From: a virus
Taxonomy: Duplodnaviria > Caudoviricetes
Strand: one strand, 5' to 3'
DNA: 57,865 nucleotides
IMG/VR virus record: IMGVR_UViG_3300030101_004515
Coordinates: 1 to 57,865 of that record
This document shows positions 7,821 through 16,400 of this stretch, one piece after another (position 1 is the stretch's first letter; each line of letters opens with the position of its first letter). Position numbers and translations under genes: made by a program. The notes below the pieces were generated by a model that made no database searches, was not told the origin of the DNA, and was given only the letters and a program-made list of their open reading frames with translations.

Positions 7821-8265
7821 AGTAAGCAAGGAAACAAGGTCTAAGATTATGCGAAGCATAAAAGGCAAAGACACAAAGATTGAAGCGCGTCTTGCTAAAG
7901 CGCTGTGGCACAAAGGATTACGTTACCGTAAAAACAACAAGAAGATAAAAGGAAAACCTGATATTTGTTTTGCTAGTAAAAAGTTAGCTATATTTGTTGA
8001 TGGTGAGTTTTGGCACGGACACGAATGGGAAGAGAGAAAAAAGAAACTGAAGACGAACAGGGAGTTTTGGATTAGTAAGATAGAAAGAAACATGGAGAGA
8101 GATAAGGAAACAAACCAGCATCTTATAAATGAAGGCTGGTCGGTTATGAGGTTTTGGGGGAAAGATATAAACGAAAGGCTGGATCACTGCGTAGAAAAGA
8201 TTTGCGAAGCGCATGCCGGTATACATAATAAACAGACAATACAAATTCATGATGGGAAGTTATAG
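7813..8265 (+). CDS. vsr: very short patch repair (T:G mismatch) endonuclease
   Basis: MDxxSKETRSKIMRSIKGKDTKIE, GKPDI, FVDGEFWHGH, FWISKIERNMERD, GWSVMRFW are classic Vsr motifs. Confidence 0.9.
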   Translation: MDRVSKETRSKIMRSIKGKDTKIEARLAKALWHKGLRYRKNNKKIKGKPDICFASKKLAIFVDGEFWHGHEWEERKKKLKTNREFWISKIERNMERDKETNQHLINEGWSVMRFWGKDINERLDHCVEKICEAHAGIHNKQTIQIHDGKL

Positions 8266-8509
8266 CCCAACAAGACCAGAAATTAAAGCTAACGATTACT
8301 GTATTAGAAATAATATACGTATCTTTCCTGTGTGCGTACAGAATCACAAGCTTTGGAAGGTTGGCATAAACTTTGGCCCTTACAAAAAAGGCGAGAAACC
8401 TAACTTATCGCCAGACTCGTATGGACCGGGTGAAATACAAAAACAAATTTATAACGCAAGTGTTTATTACTATAATAAATACGGGGTTAATACGAAAGCA
8501 AAAGGATAA
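8213..8509 (+). CDS. hypothetical protein
   Basis: ORF track; true start may be ATG 8249. Confidence 0.6.
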   Translation: MPVYIINRQYKFMMGSYSPTRPEIKANDYCIRNNIRIFPVCVQNHKLWKVGINFGPYKKGEKPNLSPDSYGPGEIQKQIYNASVYYYNKYGVNTKAKG

Positions 8510-8516
8510 TAACAAT

Positions 8517-9320
8517 ATGATTTACGAAAAGAATTATAGAGCGCTTATAACAAGAATTGTTAAAGACGGAAACTATAGAGAAGACAGAACAGGCGTAGGA
8601 ACAAAATCTTTATTTCATCAAAGATTAAATGTTAATATAAGCGCAACAAAAAAATTAGGTCAAGAAAAAATAGAAGGCGATAACTTTCCAATTTTAAACG
8701 GAAAGCATATGAGTCAAAACATATTTGACACAGAGTTTGAGTGGTTTATGAACGGCGAAACAAATATTCAAAGATTTAAAGATAATAATGTAACCATATG
8801 GGACAACTGGGCGACACCTGAGGGCGATTTAGGCCCTGTTTATGGCTATCAACTAAGAAATTTTAATGGACAAGGAATTGATCAATTAAAACAATTAATA
8901 GACGGCATAAATAAAGATAGGCACGGAAGACGTCATATAATTAGTTTGTGGAACCCCGCGATGATACAAGATATGGCATTACCGCCTTGCTATTTATATT
9001 TCCAATTTTATATAAACCACGGAATGATAAGCATGTTTGTGGTTCAGAGATCCGGTGATATGTTTTTAGGTGTTCCATATGATGTTTGTTTGTTTGCTAA
9101 AATATTATTATATGTAGCTTCTGAAACAAATACAGTTCCAAAAAACATTGACATATCTATTATAGACGCGCATATATATTTAAATCATTTTGATGCAGTA
9201 AAAGAATATATGAACAACACGGATTATAAAGATGGGGCAAAGTTTACATATCAAAGCGGAAGGCTTACGTTAAAAAATTATAAGCCGGGACCAAAAATTA
9301 AAGCGCCGGTAGCAGTATGA
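8517..9320 (+). CDS. thyA: thymidylate synthase-family enzyme with dCMP-type specificity residue (candidate dCMP methylase)
   Basis: DRTGVGT, IWDNWA, GDLGPVYG, RR..SLWNP, ALPPC, QRSGDMFLGVPYD, DAHIYLNH, C-terminal KAPVAV; start at ATG 8517. Confidence 0.93.
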   Translation: MIYEKNYRALITRIVKDGNYREDRTGVGTKSLFHQRLNVNISATKKLGQEKIEGDNFPILNGKHMSQNIFDTEFEWFMNGETNIQRFKDNNVTIWDNWATPEGDLGPVYGYQLRNFNGQGIDQLKQLIDGINKDRHGRRHIISLWNPAMIQDMALPPCYLYFQFYINHGMISMFVVQRSGDMFLGVPYDVCLFAKILLYVASETNTVPKNIDISIIDAHIYLNHFDAVKEYMNNTDYKDGAKFTYQSGRLTLKNYKPGPKIKAPVAV

Positions 9321-10072
9321 AATATTACCTGTATCACATTCCCGGTAAAAAAATTGGCGTCACAACCAATGTACTGAAACGCGTAACTAAAGTACAAGGT
9401 TTTAAATCAGGCGAGTATGAGATTCTACTTAGCTCTGACGATATAAACTATATATCAGATAAAGAAAGAGAACTGCAAAAAAAGTTCGGATACAAGGTGG
9501 ACATAACACCATACAATCAATTACTTATGAGAAAAAAAGAAATGAAAATAAACGTTACAGAGCAGACCACTACGTTTCCTTGTCCTCGTGTTCATTTAGC
9601 AGACGCGCTATTAGAAAACGACGGGATGATTTGGGAAACAACTTTAGGTCAGTTTGAAAACACGGAGCTAACAAGAACGTGGATATTAGCTAATGCTAAA
9701 AAGTCTATGTTCAATAACGAAAAATGTTTTATATACAATAAAGCATACTATGAAGAATTTCTATTCCAAACCAACGGAAGAAATATCTTTGATAGAATAC
9801 GCGCGTGGGCAAAAGAAAGAAACATTTACACGCACGGTGATATTAAAACGCAGCTACTTAAACTTTACGAAGAGGCCGGCGAATTGTCTCAGGCTGTTTT
9901 AAAAGAAGACAAGCAGGAAACTGTAGACGCCATAGGCGATTGTGTTGTTGTTTTAACTAACTTATCTGAGCACTTAGGCGTTAATATAGAAGAATGTATT
10001 GAACACGCTTACGATCAGATTAAGGCAAGAAAAGGTAAAATGGTAAACGGAACATTTGTAAAAGATGAGTAA
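9317..10072 (+). CDS. fusion of GIY-YIG-like N-terminus and MazG-like nucleotide pyrophosphohydrolase
   Basis: N-terminal YYLYHIPGKKIGVTTNVLKR...ERELQ; C-terminal IRAWAKERN...KLYEEAGEL...DAIGDCVVVL. Confidence 0.8.
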   Translation: MKYYLYHIPGKKIGVTTNVLKRVTKVQGFKSGEYEILLSSDDINYISDKERELQKKFGYKVDITPYNQLLMRKKEMKINVTEQTTTFPCPRVHLADALLENDGMIWETTLGQFENTELTRTWILANAKKSMFNNEKCFIYNKAYYEEFLFQTNGRNIFDRIRAWAKERNIYTHGDIKTQLLKLYEEAGELSQAVLKEDKQETVDAIGDCVVVLTNLSEHLGVNIEECIEHAYDQIKARKGKMVNGTFVKDE

Positions 10073-10316
10073 AAAAGAATTTGATTTTAGAGACCCTATC
10101 ATACAAAAAGTTGTAGAAAAGTTTATATCAAGATCTGACGTAGGCTATAGCAAATATAAAGTAACGCTAGAACAAGACAGCAAATCTATTAACGAGTGGC
10201 TTAACAATATACAAGAAGAGCTAATGGATGCTGTAAACTATATTGAAAAGCTTAAATCTGTTTTGGCTGACGAGCTTCAAGAAGTTTTGCTTAAGAACTA
10301 TCATGAGAAAGATTAG
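10065..10316 (+). CDS. small all-alpha NTP pyrophosphatase-like protein
   Basis: RSDVGYSKY...WLNNIQEELMDAVNY (EExxD metal-binding helix). Confidence 0.6.
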   Translation: MSKKEFDFRDPIIQKVVEKFISRSDVGYSKYKVTLEQDSKSINEWLNNIQEELMDAVNYIEKLKSVLADELQEVLLKNYHEKD

Positions 10317-10785
10317 ACGCAGCAAGAAGCGCGGCCCCGTAGTATCAAAAAAAGTAACATATGACGGAATTAATTTTGCTTCAGGTTTAGAAAAATATAT
10401 GTATATTGCATTAAAGCAAAACGGTATAAAAGCTGTTTACGAAAACCGAACTTTTGTTTTAATTCCTGGATTTTACTTTGATAGCCAAAGCTATGAAAGA
10501 ACAGCGAACGCTAAGGGCGAATATAAGGATAGGGGTATGAAAAGTATTCAACCGATCAAGTATACGCCTGATTTTGAGGGAGAGGGATTTATAATAGAAT
10601 GTAAGGGTAGAGCTAACGAAACGTTTTCTATGCGGTGGAAATTGTTTAAAAAACACATAACAGAACAACTTCCGGGTATTGTACTTTACAAGCCCCAAAA
10701 CCAAAAAGAATGCGACAAAACAGTGGAGCTAATATTAGAGTCTCAAAAGCGATTGCGAGACAAAAATATAGAGAAAGACAAATAA
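10303..10785 (+). CDS. PD-(D/E)XK endonuclease, T7 endonuclease I/resolvase-like
   Basis: FASGLE...YE...YTPDF...IIECKG; start at ATG 10303. Confidence 0.8.
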   Translation: MRKIRRSKKRGPVVSKKVTYDGINFASGLEKYMYIALKQNGIKAVYENRTFVLIPGFYFDSQSYERTANAKGEYKDRGMKSIQPIKYTPDFEGEGFIIECKGRANETFSMRWKLFKKHITEQLPGIVLYKPQNQKECDKTVELILESQKRLRDKNIEKDK

Positions 10786-10883
10786 ATAAGTACGTTAACT
10801 GGGCGATAGAGAGCAGGGGATATTTAAAATGGAAAGAGATTGAGGCTATTCACGATAAGTATAACGTAAAAGTATATGGCTAG
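10710..10883 (+). CDS. hypothetical protein (57 aa)
   Basis: Manual ORF MRQNSGANIR...KYNVKVYG that fills the gap. Confidence 0.45.
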   Translation: MRQNSGANIRVSKAIARQKYRERQINKYVNWAIESRGYLKWKEIEAIHDKYNVKVYG

Positions 10884-11013
10884 AAGAAACATTACATACA
10901 CATATATAGAGCGACCTAAAAAAAGAAGGCCGGGCGTTCACGCTAAAACAAAAACCAGCGGGCTGAAGTCTAGCAAGTATTACAAGAAAAAATATAGGGG
11001 GCAGGGAAGATGA
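10876..11013 (+). CDS. small basic protein ending YRGQGR (45 aa)
   Basis: Manual ORF MARRNITY...KKKYRGQGR; this ending recurs in phage basic peptides. Confidence 0.6.
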   Translation: MARRNITYTYIERPKKRRPGVHAKTKTSGLKSSKYYKKKYRGQGR

Positions 11014-11165
11014 CAATTAAAAAGAACAACGTACATTGGGAGATTCATATAGGCTATTATCCGGGCATACTGTTTGGGATTAGAAGTTACAAAATGAAAG
11101 GATACGATGATCACGTGTTATATTTGCCTCTTGTAGATTTTTGTTTAACCATATATAAAAAGTAA
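11010..11165 (+). CDS. small hypothetical protein (51 aa)
   Basis: Manual ORF with ATGA coupling, MTIKKNNVHWEIHIGYYPGILFGIRSY... Confidence 0.55.
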   Translation: MTIKKNNVHWEIHIGYYPGILFGIRSYKMKGYDDHVLYLPLVDFCLTIYKK

Positions 11166-11166
11166 C

Positions 11167-11619
11167 ATGGAATTAACCCAAATTAAAAACATTCTAATAG
11201 ATTTATTTGACAATGATTTTAGTAAGCCAAATAGGCAAAGGCACAATGTATATCAGCGCGCGGTTTATTTCAGGCTATGCCGAGATCTTACACCTTATGC
11301 CCTAACAGATATTGGCGCAGTAATTAATAAGGACCACGCCTCCGTACTCCATGGGCTAAAACTGTTTAAAAACTTTAAGATTTGGGGAGAGGATATATAT
11401 CTTTCGATTTATAAGCAGGCTAGACTAAAGCTAAAGCAAAAGTATGGGTTTGCTAACCCGCACGCAAACATGACAGTTGAAGAGAGATACAGGGAACTTC
11501 TTATGCACCATATAATTCTAAAAGAAAAATATCACAAAACAAAGAAAGAGTTAGAAAAAATTCGTAATTTTAATGTATCTGATTTTCAAACAGTTAGTAA
11601 TGGGATATACAATAGATGA
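11167..11619 (+). CDS. DnaA C-terminal (domain IV) HTH-like protein
   Basis: RQRHNVYQRAVYFRLCRDLTPYALTDIGAVINKDHASVLHG resembles DnaA R..R..AM.L..ELT..SL..IG..F..RDHTTV.H. Confidence 0.8.
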   Translation: MELTQIKNILIDLFDNDFSKPNRQRHNVYQRAVYFRLCRDLTPYALTDIGAVINKDHASVLHGLKLFKNFKIWGEDIYLSIYKQARLKLKQKYGFANPHANMTVEERYRELLMHHIILKEKYHKTKKELEKIRNFNVSDFQTVSNGIYNR

Positions 11620-11830
11620 TATAGAAAAGATAGCGGCTTTTAAGTCTTGGTCAAAAAAAAGAAAGATCGATACACTTCTTGAAATAGACGCGGATTTATA
11701 TTGTAACTTAGGGATGGAGTCAAGCAGAAGCGAAGTAGAAGCCATTAAAGTGCAGTCAAGAAAAATATACAGGCTTATAAAAACAATAGACGAATACGAT
11801 GGTAAAATGCTATTAAGAAACGAACGATGA
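11600..11830 (+). CDS. hypothetical protein
   Basis: ORF track 11573..11830; likely start ATG 11600. Confidence 0.65.
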   Translation: MGYTIDDIEKIAAFKSWSKKRKIDTLLEIDADLYCNLGMESSRSEVEAIKVQSRKIYRLIKTIDEYDGKMLLRNER

Positions 11831-12018
11831 AGTTTATTGACTACGTTATGTGTTTTTTTATTATATTGTTGTTTATAACAGTGGCTTCATGCAGTAAGGA
11901 AGAGGATAGGTGTGCACAGTATGACTTACAAGATGAGGAACTTTTAAATGAGTGTGTTGATGGTGTTTGCACACAGATTGTTCAGGTGACAACAACATGT
12001 ATAACTTATGAACAATGA
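11827..12018 (+). CDS. small lipoprotein
   Basis: Hydrophobic signal, VASC lipobox, then SKEED. Confidence 0.7.
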   Translation: MKFIDYVMCFFIILLFITVASCSKEEDRCAQYDLQDEELLNECVDGVCTQIVQVTTTCITYEQ

Positions 12019-12581
12019 TTTATATAAAAGATAATTTTTTACCGTTAAATCTTTATAACCAATTAATTAGCTTTTGTGATAAATTTACAGAGATCAAATA
12101 TCCCGATAAATCTTTTTGGGTTAAAGAATTACCTAAAGAGTTTGAATATTATATGATCAGTGAATTAGAAAAATTAGAAAATAAAAAAATAAATAATATA
12201 TTAGCTTTTGCAAGAGAAGCTAAGCAAAATCAAGATAACGATTGGCGCATACATAATGACACTATAATTGAAGGGCAACAACCTGATAGAGCTGTCGTAT
12301 TGTTTGTAAAAGCAAAAGAGGATAAATTAAACGGAACAGCTTTTTGGGAGCATAAAGAGTATGGGCATACGTATATTAAATCAGATAACGAAGAGTTTAA
12401 TCGTATGCTATTAGAAGACGCAAATGATGAATCAAAATGGAAATTAAATTCTGTAATAGGGTATAAGGACAACAGATTACTGTCTTACCCGTGTAATTAT
12501 TTCCATAGTAAATATCCTAATGAATACATGGACCAAAGAATAGTAGTGGTAATGTTTTATAAAATAGATGAAAGAGAGTAA
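12015..12581 (+). CDS. 2OG-Fe(II) oxygenase-superfamily protein
   Basis: IKDNFL start, HxD (IHND), GTAFW, NRLLSY...FHS facial-triad pattern, terminal R..V.F. Confidence 0.8.
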   Translation: MIYIKDNFLPLNLYNQLISFCDKFTEIKYPDKSFWVKELPKEFEYYMISELEKLENKKINNILAFAREAKQNQDNDWRIHNDTIIEGQQPDRAVVLFVKAKEDKLNGTAFWEHKEYGHTYIKSDNEEFNRMLLEDANDESKWKLNSVIGYKDNRLLSYPCNYFHSKYPNEYMDQRIVVVMFYKIDERE

Positions 12582-12771
12582 ATTAATATTGATGGCAAAA
12601 AACGTTTTGCGCTTAGAAGAAACAGTAGACACGCTCATTAGAGAACTTATGCGCACGCAGAATATACAGATGGGTATTTTAGAGACAATGAAGAGAATGC
12701 CCGACTATCAGGAGGCTTTGGATAAATTGAAAAAAGATAATGCTGAAGCTGAAAAAGAAAAGAATACTTAA
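12568..12771 (+). CDS. hypothetical coiled-coil protein
   Basis: ORF track; last + strand gene, abutting the converging arm. Confidence 0.65.
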   Translation: MKESKLILMAKNVLRLEETVDTLIRELMRTQNIQMGILETMKRMPDYQEALDKLKKDNAEAEKEKNT

Positions 12772-12987
12772 TTAGTTTTTTTTCATATTTGTTTTTAGGG
12801 GTACAGTTTTGTGCCCCTTTTTATTTATACTGTCTTTTAGCGCCTGCTGCTCATACCAATACTTTGATGGCCATTTCTTATCAAGAAAGTCTACAACAGT
12901 GCTTTTTATCGTATAACAAGAAGCAAAGGTTAAAACAAGCAAGGCAAGTAAAAGTCTTTTAGATAATGCTATACACTGCTTTTCCAT
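12772..12987 (-). CDS. lipoprotein adjacent to the endolysin (possible spanin component)
   Basis: KRLLLALLVLTFASC lipobox; overlaps the endolysin 3' end. Confidence 0.55.
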   Translation of the reverse strand: MEKQCIALSKRLLLALLVLTFASCYTIKSTVVDFLDKKWPSKYWYEQQALKDSINKKGHKTVPLKTNMKKN

Positions 12988-13420
12988 TTACTCTTTCTGC
13001 TTTTAAACAACGATTTCTGTTTTGATCATCCGATACGTAACTTACGTGAACCCAATCAGGATTTGCGTCATTACCGAACTCCCATATTAGCTGATCAAAA
13101 TTTAAGTTTTCTTTTATGTAATTATACATTTCGGCGTTTGTTTTATGCCCAAACGTATCGTCAATATCTATGGCTCTGCCTTCGCAGTGTTGAGATTTTG
13201 AACTTCCGCCTATAGCGGTATTTAAATCTGGTGACCTAAAAAATGAATTAATTTTTATTGGTCCATTAACCCATTCACGTAACGGTTCAAATATATTTAA
13301 CGCTACCGCGTTCATATTTGCTAGCTGATAATCATTTGGTATGTTATCTATGTTTCGCCTTGTTGCTGTATTAGAATGAGTCCCTTCTTTATATGATATG
13401 TGATTACTTATATTTTTCAT
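12959..13420 (-). CDS. endolysin, peptidase M15 family
   Basis: SFFRS...N.AIGGSSKSQHCEGRAIDI...WVHVSY zinc motifs. Confidence 0.9.
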   Translation of the reverse strand: MKNISNHISYKEGTHSNTATRRNIDNIPNDYQLANMNAVALNIFEPLREWVNGPIKINSFFRSPDLNTAIGGSSKSQHCEGRAIDIDDTFGHKTNAEMYNYIKENLNFDQLIWEFGNDANPDWVHVSYVSDDQNRNRCLKAERVNGKAVYSII

Positions 13421-13431
13421 GATTAAATTTA

Positions 13432-16400
13432 TTAGTCTTCAATTCCTAGCTCCCAGCCTGACCACCCTAAGAAAAGCGCTATTCTTGTCCAAGCACTTAA
13501 ATCTTCCCGTGATGCGTCTGCTAGGTTTTCTATTTTTCTTTGCAGCCTGTCCGCTGGTATGTTGGCTATGGCAAGCGCGTTTATAGCCGCTTCTACTGAA
13601 GGAGGAATATTGCTTTCGTATTTGCCCGCTTCAATAATCGCCTTCAACTTCCTTACCTTGTGATCTATTGGAGGTGCAATATCTGTAGTAGCTAAAAGAA
13701 CGTTTGACCAGTCTTTGAAAAATTCATTTTCTTTTTGCTGTTCTTTATAGTATGCAATACCAGCATTTTTTAGCATTGAAATAAGAGCTCCCGAATATCC
13801 AAGCCCTCTTAATACAGAGTCAGCCATACCGTTAACTATACGTTCTTCTTTCTTGTCAATTTTACTCTGTCTTATTTCTTTTGCTCTTCTAGTAAGTTTT
13901 CTGCCTTGGTATTCATCTTCCTCGCTAAAGTCTAATGCAAAATACGCGCTTTGTAAAGTATTAAATATTATATTCTGTACAGCCATATAATACGTTATCT
14001 TAGACACATTTGTTTTTACATCTCCCCTGCCATTAACTAAATCACTTATTGCTCGTTTAGTTAATCTTGTATATTGGAAAGGTGTATTAGCGAACGCAAA
14101 TACTACACGGCCAAAATTATTCGCTTGTACGTTTGAAATACGCGCGGGATCTGATGATTGTTGAGACTCATTTGAAATTTGTCTCCAGTCTTCATAAGAT
14201 TTTTTTTCTGCTTGTTCTTGAGTAAATCCTTTTTTAACATAACTATTAATTCTGTTTCTATAAAACGCAGAACCTCCAGAAGCAATAGCAACGCTATCCA
14301 TAATTTGCGTAGGTAAAAACCCAATTTTTAACATGTGCGCAATCACAGCTTTTACAGGATTTTTGCTTTTTGCGGCCTCAGCTATTTCCGCTTCTTGTAC
14401 ATTGATTTTTAATCCTTGTCTTCTATTAGTCAAGTAATCCGAATTCATTAAAAACATAAAGTCTTTTGCAAACTGTTTTGGGTTGGCTAATGCTTTTGCT
14501 ACCATTAAAGGGTTGTTGTCACTCCAATTTAAATAGTTTATAGCAGAAATAGATTGAAGCGTTGCGGAACGCATGTTAAAAGACATTATAGTACCAACCG
14601 AACCATTTATAAAGTCTTGTGTTATATTAGCCGCGTCGCTATTAGTAGGCTTTCTATTTACTCCTGACTTCATTCTACCAATAACCATTTCTAAATTTTT
14701 AACATAACTTGGCCCAAAAGCGGCAGTAAGTTTTGCTTTGTTTTTATCATTAAAAATAAGATCAATATTGTGTTGCCATTTTTTTAAATACTTTGGTCTT
14801 TTGTTTTGATTTAAAGTTTGTGCAAAATCACTTCCTATTTTTCCCGCTTCCCAGTTTTCTTCAGGTTTAGGATAACCATCTGTTTTGTTAGCAGCCATCA
14901 AACCAAAAGCAAAACTTCTAAGCTCTTTGTTGTCTGCTACAATTTTTGATAACTTATCTGCTCTCTTTTTTGTTATACCGGGAATGTCGTAATTTGACTG
15001 TTGCCAAACAAAAACACGAACAGCATCTTCTATTGTAAAGTTTTTCACTCCTTCTTCCGTAAGGTTTTCCCTTAATTTAAAAGGTGCTTTTTTAATTCTA
15101 GCTTTGATTTGTCTGTAAGCATTAAACATAGATCTTCTATCCGTTTCTAAATCGGATATACCTTGTGAATATGTGTCAAGTAGGTTTTCTTTAAGAAACT
15201 TTAAGTCTTTGTTTCCCTGCTCTCCTTTGCCTGCTATTTTTTGTATCAAACCATAAAAATCTTCTGCGCTGTACGGTAAAAATATATTCCAGTCATTGCC
15301 ATAAAAAAACTTTCTTTCTGTTTCTTTTCCTAGCCTTCTTGCTAAAGCTAAATCTTTTGCGCTCTTTATTTCTTTTGCTTTGACATTCTTTCTATCAATC
15401 ATGTCTGCCAGCTCTGCTGGTTTACTTCTTGTTTTTGAAAACTTAATATATAATTTATTATTAGCTTCGTCTATTGCGCTTGCATCAAACACCTGCGCAT
15501 TAAGACCCTTATTTAAATCATAAGTATCACCCTCAGTTAAAGCTATTCCGCTTTCAATAGGAATAATATCACCCTCGTCTAATACATTTTGAAACCTAGA
15601 AGTAACGTAATTTTGATTTGGCAAACCAAATTTTCCATTTATAGCGTCCATACTCGTAGAACTTTTTATATCTCCATGAATTTTATCTACTATAAAAACT
15701 CCATTCGTAGCAAACATTTTGTCTATGGCTCTTTCTAAAATTCTTCTTCCTTTTCTGCCTCCCGTTATATATGCTGCTAAAAAGTTATCGCCATCCTGCT
15801 CTAACATAAAATCATTAGCAAGCTTTTCTATTTGTTTTGCATGCTCAGCATAAGGCTCCGTAATATTTTTTTCTACATGTGTTATAGCTGCAGATTCTCT
15901 CATAGGAGTGTAAGTTGTGCCCCCCTTAAACATCATAGATTGAAACCTGTTTGCAAATTTCATAGCCATTTGTTCATTACCTGTCCCTCTATAGCTTTCT
16001 ACAAAGTCATAAAGCGATAGCATAATTCTTTTATACTGGGGTCTTACTATAGATGTTACTTCATTATTATGAGCATTTATTTCAGTAAGATCGCCGTCAG
16101 TTGCTTTTGCTGCAATTTTGTCTATACCTTTTCTTTTAATTTGTTCCGTGCCAGCAAAGGTTGATAACAATTTTCTTGTTCTTTCAACACCATCAATTTG
16201 TCCAAGATCTGAATTTATATTCAATTTAGTGTTTAAGTTATTATCAAAATCTGAAGCAAGCTCTTCGCCTACCATTTGCTTGAACACATTTTGTCTCAAT
16301 GGGCCCGTACGCAAATCAGCGTCTGTTAAATACGCGTTTGCAAATTCAAATAAAATATTTTCATACTCGTCATTTCTTAATTTTGATTTTTTTGCAGACG

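Noticed and set aside
7813-8265. Vsr-like homing endonuclease or intron
   Set aside because: It has the full classic Vsr N-terminal arm, no extra DNA-binding domain, and the flanking genes are uninterrupted; recent insertion as a free-standing gene remains possible
8373-8516. 48-aa N-terminal extension of the thymidylate synthase
   Set aside because: It overlaps the upstream gene; ThyA similarity begins at ATG 8517
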